DNA from: Alphaproteobacteria bacterium
GTDB lineage: Bacteria; Pseudomonadota; Alphaproteobacteria; JANQMY01
DNA: 64,000 bases
NCBI GenBank assembly: GCA_965228775.1
Contig: OZ245840.1
Coordinates: forward strand, 773,326-837,325
Direction: 5' to 3'
Shown: positions 19,801 to 28,094 of the stretch, piece by piece
How the letters are laid out: each line of letters opens with the position of its first letter
Position numbering within the stretch: position 1 is the stretch's first letter
Position numbers and translations under genes: made by a program
Notes under the pieces: model-generated
What the model saw: only the letters and a program-made list of their open reading frames with translations
What the model was told of the DNA's origin: nothing
Database searches by the model: none

Positions 19801-22800
19801 TTCGGGACAATCCTACGCCCACAATGTTTTCGACTACCGCAATGCGGAATTCGATCTGACAACCACCGACGGACAGACTTATCAATTTAGACATGCACCA
19901 TTGGTCGGCGGTTCCGCCAGCAATGTGCGCACGGCCTCTATTCCGTTGGCGGATCATCTGTTTGCCAACGGCATGACTGTTGCCTACGATAACGAATATA
20001 CGCCCTACCAAAACGATTTACCCACCGGCGGCACCACCTCTCTCACCCGCGTCTCCAATTCATTGGGGCATTCACTTGAATTTGCTTACAACCGAAACGA
20101 CTCCTCTTCCGGCGCCTATGGGTCCGGAGCGCTGGCTGGTGTTATTCGCGGTGTGCGCGATGCCAATGGCCGGGAAGCCTTTCTTCACTACGACTACAAC
20201 GCAAACTACGACAACAAGCCACACCTGGCCTTTTTCCCAACAGGTGTCACATTGCCGGATGGCGAAAGATATAACTATTTCTTTCAATCTCATGACCGAA
20301 GCTTACCACCGTCAACGAATGGGCGTCTGACTCCGACCGCAACCCAACTTGTTCGTGAATATTGGAAACCCAGGCTCTTTGCGATTACCACGCCGAGCGC
20401 GCCAACGTTTCTTTTTTTGGATTTCACATATGACGGCTTCGGTAAGATCCGAATGGTTAAAGATGCCTACGGAAACCCTTCCGGCTTCTATCGGGCGCCC
20501 GGACGCAGCCAAGTGCTTAACTCGGAAGGGGAAACCACTGCCCAATACTTCGACAAAGATGGCAACGTATTCGGCGCATTCGATTCGCTCGGAAACCTCA
20601 CGACGGCTGAATATGACGGGTTCAACCGTCTGACGAAGGTGACCCGTCCCGAAGGCGACGAAACCCATTACGAATACGATGGCGGCGCCACGGCATCCGC
20701 CTCCGTCAATCACAACCTGACAAAAGTAACACGCAAAGCCAAACCCGGTACCGGCGACAGCGACCTTGTCGCCACCTATGAATACACGGATACCAACTGG
20801 CCCAATGCCGTCACCGCATCGGTAAACCCAAGAGGAACGCGCAGCGAAGTCACCTACGACGCTACGTCGGGACTTCCCACCAGCACGAAAGCGGCTGTCA
20901 GCCTGCCGGAAGAGGTGACAACCCAAACCACCTACATCAATTTAGGCCGTGTCGATAAACAAATTGTCGACCCCACCGGCCTTAATGAAATTACGCAGTT
21001 TACGTATTACCCGGTTTCCGGCGCGTCCAATACATTCCACACCAATGGCGAACTACAAACGGTCACCGTTGACCCGACCGGATTGGCTCTTGGAACGTCT
21101 TACGAATACGACGATGTGGGCAACACCACCAAAGTGACCGACCCCAACACCAACTTTGTCACCACCACCTATGACGCCATGCGGCGGCCATTGCAGGTAG
21201 ACGCACCGCTCAATGCCGTCACCAAGAACATATATGACGTGGATGGCCGTCTGATCAGAACCGAACAGGCCACGGACGATTCACTCAACCCTTGGGCCAT
21301 CACCAACTTTACCTATGATGCACTCAACCGTCTGCGGCAGGTGGCCGATCCCACCGGGGCCGTTACACAGACCGATTATGACAAAGTAGGCCGGCCCACA
21401 GTGGTCACCGACGCCCTTCTGCGCAAAGTCAAGAACGTATACGACGCCGGTGGTCAGCTTATCAAAGTGATCGCCGCCTATCAGGGCACCACGGATGATT
21501 GCGTAGACGGCACCACATTGCAGCAATGCTATCAGCGCAACACCTATTCACCGAACGGCCGCTTGCTCAGCGTTCAGGACGCGAACGATAACATCACCAC
21601 CTATGCCTATGACGGTCATGACCGGCTATTCACATCCACCTTCCCGGACACGTCGTTTGAGCAGTTCACTTACGACGCCAACGGCAATGTTATTGAGCGG
21701 CGCACCCGTGCGGGCGAAACCATCGATCTTACTTACGATGCGCTGGACCGGGTGGCGGCCCGCGAGGTGCCCCAGCCGGGCACGCCCACACCGATTACGT
21801 ATACCTCGGCCTACGACAAGGCGGGGCGCATCGCCTCGCTCATGGGCGATGGCAAGACGCTTACCTTCTCTTACGACAAAGCCGGGCGCCTCACCGCCAA
21901 GCTGCACGGTCTGGGCGGCGGCGGAGGCACCACCAGCATCGGCTATGCCTATGATGCCGCCAGCAACGTCACCCAGCTCACCTATCCCGATGGCTGGTTT
22001 GCGACCCACGAATACGATGCGCTCAACCGGCTCGACCGCATTCTGGAAAACGGCACGCGGGTGCTGGCGGATTATGCCTATGACAAACAATCCCGGCGCA
22101 CCTCCGTTGCCTATGGCAATGGCGCAAACTCCGCTTATACCTTCACCGCACGGGGAGATCTGACGGACCTTACCCTGAACTTCGCCGTTCAGCAGGCGTC
22201 GTTCACCCATGCCTATGACGGGGTGGGACAGCTCACCGGGCGCACTCTGTCCGATCCGGCCTTTGCTCCGAAAGCCCTTCAAGCCGGTGCCACCAATTAC
22301 ACCGCCAACACGCTTAATCAGTATGCGTCTGTTGGCGGGTCCGCCTATACCTATGATCAGAACGGCAACCTCACCGGCACGCCCATCGGCAGTTTCGCCT
22401 ATGACGCGGAGAATGTGCTGCGCAGCGGCACGGTGAACGGCCAGGCCTTCTCCTACACCACCTGGCCCGACGGCAACCGCGCCTCCAAGACCGTGGGCAG
22501 CCTGGACACGGTGTTCTATCTCAATGGCAATCAGGTGATCGCTGACTACGACGGCGGCGGCACCCTCCTGCGCCGTTATGTGCGCGGGCCCAGCGTGGAC
22601 GAAGCCTTCCTGATGATCGACTACACAGGCGCCTCCCCGCAAGAAACCTGGGCCCACCAGGACCGGCTGGGCTCCACCATCGCCGTCAGCGACGATACCG
22701 GCGCTGTACAGGAAAAGATCACCTATGCCTCCTTCGGGGAGACGCAAGCGCAGACCGGCTTCCCGTTCAAGTTCACCGGCCAGCGTTTCGATCCGGAGAC

Positions 22801-23491
22801 GGAGCTTTACCACTACAAAGCCCGATACTACTCCCCCACCCTCGGCAGGTTCCTACAAACCGATCCAATCGGCTATGGATTGGACACCAACCTTTATACG
22901 TATGCACGCAACAACCCACACAGCTATACAGATCCAAGTGGAGAAATCCTGGATACAATACTTGATGCGATTTTTATTGTTTACGACGTTGCTGTGCTGG
23001 CCGTCGATGAAATATTCAATGGAGGAGCAAATAGAACTGAAAACCTGATCGCATTGGGAGCCGATGTTGCCGGCGCGGCGACGCCATTTGTAACAGGCGC
23101 CGGTTTGGGGGTTCGTGCAGCAAACAACGTGGGAGATGTCGTGAAACAGGTGCCCGGGGATAGGGCGCTTGACGCATCTAGCTCAGTCAATCAAGTATTG
23201 TTGCGCAATCAACTTAGTGCAGAGCAAATCGCCAAAGGCCATGCTTTCGACAAGCATGTTGTAACTCGCGGGGAGTATGTTGGTCTTGGGATACGAACCA
23301 GAGCCCAGTTTCAAAATCATGTTGAAAGCGTTATAAACAATCCATCCGCCTCCAGACAGCTGGCAAACGGCAGGGAGGCTTTTTGGGACGACGCGACAGG
23401 CACCGTTGTTATTCGTGATCCTAGACACCTAGATGGCGGGACAGCATTCAGACCCGATCTTGGACGTGAGTACTTCATGCAACTAAAGTAG
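16817..23491 (+). CDS. Rhs/YD-repeat polymorphic toxin with variable C-terminal toxin domain
   Basis: ~2224 aa from ATG 16817 (GGAGG 7 nt upstream). The ORF-track frame opens at 16769. Many YD repeats (YDALNRL, YDVDGRL, YDAGGQL, YDGHDRL, TYDANGNVIERR, YAYDAASNVTQLTYPDGW...). Canonical RHS repeat-associated core (...DRLGSTIAVSDDTGAVQEKITYASFGE...FTGQRFDPETELYHYKARYYSPTLGRFLQTDPIGYGLDTNLYTYARNNPHSYTDPSGE) ending in the DPxG autoproteolysis-type motif. It is followed by a ~190-aa divergent C-terminal domain. Confidence 0.9.
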   Translation: MSANGGGVFGFGALTLKNLCRMGTVGTVALAAATANLLLDDYPAAAQVVVEVDGTPPPPQSFIEDTLPAMRLRSMPLISPTDAWTYYQANGGNTSPADPTPNYRIGSYAANVLAAPSLIQENIHDSVELTPLFGLQKGAVGAITNGTGTTFDMAHLAVSLLRVSSVPERPITANYKFGTVTLNAEQFGKWFGVFDNLDEANQTFTVSATAACKILADGGFPAQINGNSPSDCNISGNLSTVTFSHVWVSGTIDGAPFEFDPSYKQHRLHAGIPNLAGALGHSSAKTTALMNLISCSASNCTNFNANAVKPEIQTLADNLLTYIKNNDESLRLEGLLGGKTIEHLTNADLSLPTGPTYQATATWTQHIPNVFRTTVVIEDSATVYQKRATQSAPPTNGFIITTVTFPHELRSNVFNFSKTFYADEINGERIWIDPKKVFILQDNTVTPNRFYPVAQHKLRIDTDIFEMNPLDGGFFLNPYAHYKYDIGAIAEELGVPDGQNYKGQFPVRLTSVPFKITVNHPYAANNGTGMDRVYKRKVDITHPAVLVVGLGDTTDRWVEEIARYASFPISARTDIQNQNNDNWAGFEPYSTEASHVTGATWLSGFSKLAKIQEAISKSTIQHHHTIGFVMRDTQSTTVSGNTVAGSFAETISLDTAVSVNTQIDASNLRLPTFRVLASGGAALEGLAISEVYDFAQPSTVGGYVADLGASNKTFQNYTASGSVVAARTSAMDGQSPAFSLEEKDYVNRYYTGGFDVFMALNQTGGSANAPQLGFGTASPNNFLHKFRTLIATKTDGTEIAHALIDRWNIFKGGAGIPEVTHDGFSNLGLNYSGARAASGAALTGFDAISGTLTYSPPAYISVGNGSYPYTLSFRQHFNSHDLNNWTHNLDSKVTVGTNVSVSLGRNRALDAVWAIAASFAALDVYSDDAIDHMLVGAVVMDQWARASVHNVATVKRGTDVIQFSRASDGAFMAPLGRTESLTMVGTGPARFAQDLSGQSYAHNVFDYRNAEFDLTTTDGQTYQFRHAPLVGGSASNVRTASIPLADHLFANGMTVAYDNEYTPYQNDLPTGGTTSLTRVSNSLGHSLEFAYNRNDSSSGAYGSGALAGVIRGVRDANGREAFLHYDYNANYDNKPHLAFFPTGVTLPDGERYNYFFQSHDRSLPPSTNGRLTPTATQLVREYWKPRLFAITTPSAPTFLFLDFTYDGFGKIRMVKDAYGNPSGFYRAPGRSQVLNSEGETTAQYFDKDGNVFGAFDSLGNLTTAEYDGFNRLTKVTRPEGDETHYEYDGGATASASVNHNLTKVTRKAKPGTGDSDLVATYEYTDTNWPNAVTASVNPRGTRSEVTYDATSGLPTSTKAAVSLPEEVTTQTTYINLGRVDKQIVDPTGLNEITQFTYYPVSGASNTFHTNGELQTVTVDPTGLALGTSYEYDDVGNTTKVTDPNTNFVTTTYDAMRRPLQVDAPLNAVTKNIYDVDGRLIRTEQATDDSLNPWAITNFTYDALNRLRQVADPTGAVTQTDYDKVGRPTVVTDALLRKVKNVYDAGGQLIKVIAAYQGTTDDCVDGTTLQQCYQRNTYSPNGRLLSVQDANDNITTYAYDGHDRLFTSTFPDTSFEQFTYDANGNVIERRTRAGETIDLTYDALDRVAAREVPQPGTPTPITYTSAYDKAGRIASLMGDGKTLTFSYDKAGRLTAKLHGLGGGGGTTSIGYAYDAASNVTQLTYPDGWFATHEYDALNRLDRILENGTRVLADYAYDKQSRRTSVAYGNGANSAYTFTARGDLTDLTLNFAVQQASFTHAYDGVGQLTGRTLSDPAFAPKALQAGATNYTANTLNQYASVGGSAYTYDQNGNLTGTPIGSFAYDAENVLRSGTVNGQAFSYTTWPDGNRASKTVGSLDTVFYLNGNQVIADYDGGGTLLRRYVRGPSVDEAFLMIDYTGASPQETWAHQDRLGSTIAVSDDTGAVQEKITYASFGETQAQTGFPFKFTGQRFDPETELYHYKARYYSPTLGRFLQTDPIGYGLDTNLYTYARNNPHSYTDPSGEILDTILDAIFIVYDVAVLAVDEIFNGGANRTENLIALGADVAGAATPFVTGAGLGVRAANNVGDVVKQVPGDRALDASSSVNQVLLRNQLSAEQIAKGHAFDKHVVTRGEYVGLGIRTRAQFQNHVESVINNPSASRQLANGREAFWDDATGTVVIRDPRHLDGGTAFRPDLGREYFMQLK
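21670..22867 (+). repeat. ~1.2-kb direct repeat copy A (inside main rhs, YD/RHS-core region)
   Basis: Near-identical at nucleotide level to 24576-25771. Encoded peptides are identical apart from a few substitutions (e.g. DALDRVAAREV vs DPLDRVATRVV). Confidence 0.85.
22915..23491 (+). other. Rhs C-terminal toxin (CT) region: hydrophobic/Gly-rich pre-toxin segment plus unclassified toxin domain
   Basis: Downstream of DPSGE: ILDTILDAIFIVYDVAVLAV (hydrophobic), Gly/Ala-rich TPFVTGAGLGV (PT-TG-like), then a basic His-rich domain with AKGHAFDKHV ... GTVVIRDPRHLDGGTAFRP. No recognisable known toxin family by eye. Confidence 0.5.
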
Positions 23492-23500
23492 AAGATAAAG

Positions 23501-23827
23501 ATGGCTGTAGTCTCTGATAAAATTCTTCAAATAATTAACCGCTCAATTCAAACTATTACTACCACAGAGCTAATCGAAGATTGGGAGTTCGCCATTGTGC
23601 TCGGAATTGAACGAAGTGTTCTTTCTGAGATGAGGAAAATCAGCAATCCCCTAGATTCGAGCGATCTTGACACAAGCATCAATGTGCTTCTCAATCTCGT
23701 CGGCTACCCGCATGGCAAGAAAGCAATCGTTGAAGAAAGCGTCGGTTTTTCTACTAGCGAGTTAAAAGCTGTGTTGGATGAACTCATCAAGCTCAGAGAA
23801 GAGTCCGGCGATAATGGCAACTCTTAA
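23501..23827 (+). CDS. putative cognate immunity protein of the Rhs CT toxin
   Basis: 108-aa acidic ORF starting 10 nt after the rhs stop, in an AT-rich tract. Position immediately 3' of a polymorphic toxin CT is the canonical immunity-gene position. No family recognised. Confidence 0.5.
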   Translation: MAVVSDKILQIINRSIQTITTTELIEDWEFAIVLGIERSVLSEMRKISNPLDSSDLDTSINVLLNLVGYPHGKKAIVEESVGFSTSELKAVLDELIKLREESGDNGNS

Positions 23828-23870
23828 AATGGCCGATCGCCCCTCTGCGAACACTTAACAGGAACTAGAA

Positions 23871-24152
23871 ATGAACGACACTTCAACTCAATGGCACAGA
23901 TTTTCCGCTATTACTTGTGCGCTATCAGCAATCGGGGTTTTGTTTCTAGCGTCGGCGACATTGGCAACAGCTGATCCTGAAAGTTCTGAAACACCGCCAC
24001 AACAAACTGAAACAATCCCAACAGCACCCGTTCAGATCGATGCAGATCAAAACATGAGTATCGAAGACCAAGCTTCACCTGATGTCGATAATCGATCCGG
24101 TCAAACATTACAGAGACGGCCTGTCAGCCAAGAACAATCTCAGCAAAATTAG
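23871..24152 (+). CDS. hypothetical small secreted low-complexity protein
   Basis: 93 aa. N-terminal signal-like LSAIGVLFLASATLATA, then a Pro/Gln/Ser/Glu/Asp-rich tail. Weak coding support. Confidence 0.25.
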   Translation: MNDTSTQWHRFSAITCALSAIGVLFLASATLATADPESSETPPQQTETIPTAPVQIDADQNMSIEDQASPDVDNRSGQTLQRRPVSQEQSQQN

Positions 24153-24469
24153 ATCGCATTAGCTTATTGAGGGGGCATCAATCGAGCAGAATCAATTTTC
24201 TACTCCTCGCTCGAAAAGAACCGGCAAAGCTGCTACAATCTCCTCCGAGGGAGGCACCATATACTGAGCGCCTCAAAATGAGACAGCGTAAGAATACGCG
24301 TTCTTTGATTATCCAAAGGCCCCCGAAAATTGACCGGCGGGCCTTTTTTGTTAGGCGGATGAGAGGGTCTCACGCCAAAAGTTGGATCAACCCCATGCGC
24401 CCATCCAAGCGTGATCAGGTTAAGTGGGTACCGGTTAACCGTCCGATCACGCGTCCCACAAAAAGTCAT

Positions 24470-24506
24470 GGGCATGATCAATTCTTCAAGAAGAATGATC
24501 ATGCCC
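24470..24506. repeat. inverted repeat GGGCATGATCA-N15-TGATCATGCCC (near-perfect 18-bp stem)
   Basis: GGGCATGATCAATTCTTCAAGAAGAATGATCATGCCC. The same 11-bp arms recur at 61261-61295. Confidence 0.7.
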
Positions 24507-24575
24507 TTGGTCAAGCCTTTTTGTGCCCAAAAACGGCCACAGGATTGGCATTCCCCAAACCTTCTTCTGTTCGCT

Positions 24576-25771
24576 TTACGACGCCAACGGCAATGTTATT
24601 GAGCGGCGCACCCGTGCGGGCGAGACCATCGATCTCACTTACGACCCGCTGGACCGGGTGGCGACCCGCGTGGTTCCCCAGCCGGGCACGCCAACACCGA
24701 TTACGTATACCTCGGCCTATGACAAGGCGGGGCGCATCGCCTCGCTCATGGGCGATGGCAAGACCCTCACCTTCTCTTACGACAAAGCCGGGCGCCTCAC
24801 TGCCAAGCTGCACGATCTGGGTGGCGGCGGGGGCACCACCAGCATCGGCTATGCCTATGATGCCGCGAGCAATGTCACCCAGCTCACCTATCCCGATGGC
24901 TGGTTTGCGACCCACGAATACGATGCGCTCAACCGCCTCGACCGCATTCTGGAAAACGGCACGCGAGTGCTGGCGGATTATGCCTATGACAAACAATCCC
25001 GGCGCACCTCCGTTGCCTATGGCAATGGCGCAAACTCCGCCTATACCTTCACCGCAAGGGGAGACTTGACGGACCTCACCCTGAACTTCGCCGTTCAGCA
25101 GGCGTCGTTCACCCATGCCTATGACGGGGTGGGACAGTTGACCGGGCGCACTCTGTCCGATCCGGCCTTTGCCCCGAAAGCCCTTCAAGCCGGTGCCACC
25201 AATTACACCGCCAACACGCTTAATCAGTATGCGTCCGTTGGCGGGTCCGCCTATACCTACGACCAGAACGGCAACCTCACCGGCACGCCCATCGGCAGTT
25301 TCGCCTATGACGCGGAGAATGTGCTGCGCAGCGGCACGGTGAACGGCCAGGCCTTCTCCTACACCACCTGGCCCGACGGCAATCGCGCCTCCAAGACCGT
25401 GGGCAGCCTGGATACGGTGTTCTATCTCAATGGCAATCAGGTGATCGCTGACTACGACGGCAGCGGCACCCTGCTGCGCCGCTATGTGCGCGGGCCCGGC
25501 GTGGACGAAGCGTTCCTGATGATCGACTACACAGGCGCCTCCCCGCAAGAAACCTGGGCCCACCAGGACCGGCTGGGCTCCACCATCGCCGTCAGCGACG
25601 ACACCGGTGCGGTACAGGAAAAGATTACCTATGCCTCCTTCGGGGAGACGCAAGCGCAGACCGGCTTCCCGTTCAAGTTTACCGGCCAGCGCTTCGATCC
25701 GGAGACGGAGCTTTACCACTACAAAGCCCGCTATTATTCCCCCACCCTCGGCAGATTCCTTCAAACCGATC
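24576..25771 (+). repeat. ~1.2-kb direct repeat copy B (orphan rhs fragment)
   Basis: See copy A (21670-22867). Divergence begins at ACCGATCC | CAATCGG versus CGTAGGG. Confidence 0.85.
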
Positions 25772-25959
25772 CCGTAGGGTATGCGGATCAGATGAATTTA
25801 TACGGGTACGGTGGTAATGATCCGATAAATCTGAAAATCCGGCAGGCGAATAACGGTATCCATTCATGGACAAGTCACCCCAAAGAGACTACCTGTTGTG
25901 ATACGAGGCGTAACTCCTTATGTCATTCTTTGACATCTGGGAAAAGTAATCGGTATTGA
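24576..25959 (+). pseudogene. orphan rhs C-terminal module (promoter-less, no start codon, truncated CT)
   Basis: The reading frame begins abruptly inside YD-repeat sequence identical to main rhs 21670 onward. It retains the RHS core up to RFLQTDP, then diverges (VGYADQMNLYGYGGNDPINL...) into a ~45-aa Cys-rich tail before the stop. No immunity ORF follows. The 3' end overlaps the convergent gspC-like gene. Confidence 0.7.
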
Positions 25960-26453
25960 TCTCCTTCGGTTACAAAGTGGACGGCCTCTTTGTCGATTGA
26001 GGCCACCTTCCATCCCGCCACGGCATCTCCAACCGATAACATCTCCCCTTCGCTTTGGGGTGTTTTCTTAAAGATCGCCTTCTGATCATTCCCAACGACG
26101 ATCGTTCCCACCAAGATCATTCGAGATAGAATGGTCTTGGCATCGGGAGGCGCCGGTGAAGCGGCCTTATTCGCTACTCTATCACTTTTATCTTTAACCG
26201 GCCGTTCCATATAGGTTCGGCTGGCGTGAAAGATAGGCTTCTCCTTGACGCTTTTATATGCCTTCAGTTCGGGCGTCTCGAAAGCCCATTGGGTCGTCGC
26301 GAGTGCAGACTCGTTTCGGGCAGAAGACCCGTCTGTGACCTCCAAATCCACCTCTATCGATCCAATGGTCAGCATATGCCAAGCAGCAATCGCGCCAACC
26401 GTAATTATCGACCCGATCAAAAATTGCGTAGCGGCGGGTTTAGCCATTCGCAC
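25923..26453 (-). CDS. T2SS GspC/PilP-like component (short, no PDZ domain)
   Basis: 176 aa. N-terminal TM (FLIGSIITVGAIAAW). The C-terminal EGEMLSVGDAVAGWKVASIDKEAVHFVTEGDQYRL resembles the GspC/PilP homology region that contacts the secretin. Last gene of the gsp operon. Confidence 0.4.
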   Translation of the reverse strand: MRMAKPAATQFLIGSIITVGAIAAWHMLTIGSIEVDLEVTDGSSARNESALATTQWAFETPELKAYKSVKEKPIFHASRTYMERPVKDKSDRVANKAASPAPPDAKTILSRMILVGTIVVGNDQKAIFKKTPQSEGEMLSVGDAVAGWKVASIDKEAVHFVTEGDQYRLLFPDVKE

Positions 26454-27027
26454 TCGCCTCTACATTTTGAACAAATCCGGAAACACCAAGCGTAACGTTT
26501 AGGACCGGGTTCCGGTCGCGGTTTGCCTCTCCTGCTCTTTGCTGTTTTACAGCCAAGCTATCCACGATGAGATATGGAACGGTCTTCTCAATATCGTAGA
26601 GAACCTTTTCCAACACTTGCATGTCGCCGTTAAAGGTAATGACGACAGGCACGCGCAAATTCTTGCCCGCCGGCGCCGAGGGGCGCCCTTGCGAACTGGT
26701 TACCTGACCGCCATGGTCCAAAATCCATTTCTTTAGGTCAGCTTGAATGGACGCCACAGCCACTGTGGGCGTCGCCGCTGATCGCAGAAAGGTTTGGTCA
26801 AAATCGGAGGCGTTTAAATCAGAAAGGCGCGCTGACAGATCGCCCGTGCTGCTGGCAATACGTTTGTATTGCGCCAGTTGGTGTTTTGCGTCGGCAATCG
26901 CATCTGTGTGGTCCATATATTCAGTCAACACTGGCCTCACAATAGAAACCGCAGCCACCCAAACCACAAGCGTCAAGATCATGAGAGCAAGCGTCTTTTG
27001 CTGCCAGCCGGAAAGCATGTTCATCAT
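26440..27027 (-). CDS. gspM: type II secretion system protein M
   Basis: 195 aa. Single N-terminal TM (LALMILTLVVWVAAVSIV) plus periplasmic domain. Position after the gspL-like gene and size typical of GspM. Confidence 0.55.
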   Translation of the reverse strand: MMNMLSGWQQKTLALMILTLVVWVAAVSIVRPVLTEYMDHTDAIADAKHQLAQYKRIASSTGDLSARLSDLNASDFDQTFLRSAATPTVAVASIQADLKKWILDHGGQVTSSQGRPSAPAGKNLRVPVVITFNGDMQVLEKVLYDIEKTVPYLIVDSLAVKQQRAGEANRDRNPVLNVTLGVSGFVQNVEASANG

Positions 27028-27032
27028 GTTCG

Positions 27033-28094
27033 TTAATCCCGCTTAAGGTTGACCATCAAGTCATATCGCTCACCTTTTTGCCGAGGGTCCTGCCGCACAG
27101 GTGATTGGAACCTGGCATTCGCAAACAATGGGGACTTCTCCAATAACTCCGGCAATATGGCGGCATTTTCGGCATACCCCATCAATCGTACCGAAGTCCC
27201 CTGCAGCCTCATTTCGGAAACCCAAGCCGTCTTGGGTATGATGCGAGAGAGTTCCGCCATTATAGCAAGCGGTGACGGTGCGATCTTCTGCTGGATCAGA
27301 GTGAGTCTGCTTTGCTCTAAGACATTCAGCTCCCGCTCAATGTCTGCAGCATGCTGAGCCTCGGCTTTCGCCCCCACAATCGCCGACTGCCACACTGAAA
27401 TGTCCTGCTGCCATCGATCTTGTACGACGCCCCAGGTAAACAACGAGGCCGAAACAAGTAATGCAAAGAGCAGAGCATTCAGCCGAAAAGTCGTTAGTCC
27501 GCTGGCTTTTCCGTCATGGGGTAGAAAATTATACCGGATATCTGATGTGCTTTTCTCCAACAGTCCGATGCCGGACGGCTTTACCCCCCAACTTGCAACC
27601 TTGTTCAGTACATCTTCAATGGCGTTTCGGCGAACGATTGCCAAATTGACCGCGACTTTCTCACTCACGGGTTTCCGTTCCAGCACCATATGATCGAAGA
27701 AAATCTGATCCGCCTTAACCGGTGACAACCGATCAATCTGCAATGCGATTACGCTTCTTAGGTTGGCTGACGCCGCGGTCGGAAAATCAAGTTGTCGGAC
27801 AAATGCTTGATCTGCTGAGATCGCGACTTGAAATGATTTCGCATTCTTGAGTGCCGCAAGCTGCCTTGGACGCTTAGCCCCCGCACGCACGCGCTCCAAA
27901 ACCGAAACGGTACCTCGCCTCCTTTTATAGATCGTGATCTCATCCCCGTGGAAATCAACAAACACACCGGACGAGCGACCGCCCGTTCTGGCGATGGGGG
28001 GCACCATCGACAGCAGCTCATTAGTCCACCATTTCCAGGCAGTCTCCAACAGGTCAGCAGACCTCGACAAGGTTCCAGTCTCAACGGGCATCAT
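27033..28094 (-). CDS. gspL: type II secretion system protein L
   Basis: 353 aa. Cytoplasmic actin-like N-domain, central TM (LLFALLVSASLFTWGVV), periplasmic C-domain. Sits between gspJ and gspM. Confidence 0.6.
   Translation of the reverse strand: MMPVETGTLSRSADLLETAWKWWTNELLSMVPPIARTGGRSSGVFVDFHGDEITIYKRRRGTVSVLERVRAGAKRPRQLAALKNAKSFQVAISADQAFVRQLDFPTAASANLRSVIALQIDRLSPVKADQIFFDHMVLERKPVSEKVAVNLAIVRRNAIEDVLNKVASWGVKPSGIGLLEKSTSDIRYNFLPHDGKASGLTTFRLNALLFALLVSASLFTWGVVQDRWQQDISVWQSAIVGAKAEAQHAADIERELNVLEQSRLTLIQQKIAPSPLAIMAELSRIIPKTAWVSEMRLQGTSVRLMGYAENAAILPELLEKSPLFANARFQSPVRQDPRQKGERYDLMVNLKRD

Noticed and set aside
24167-25069. 300-aa ORF starting upstream of the orphan rhs fragment.
   Set aside because: It is in a different frame from the conserved RHS reading frame it overlaps. 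The Pro/Arg/Ser-rich low-complexity product matches the antisense-like frame of the main gene (compare 21603-22163).
21626-25764. Two long antisense ORFs (21626-22813, 395 aa; 24511-25764, 417 aa) with near-identical Gly/Ala/Arg-rich products.
   Set aside because: They lie opposite the duplicated rhs segment, so their identity just reflects the 1.2-kb repeat. Composition is typical of GC-rich antisense frames.
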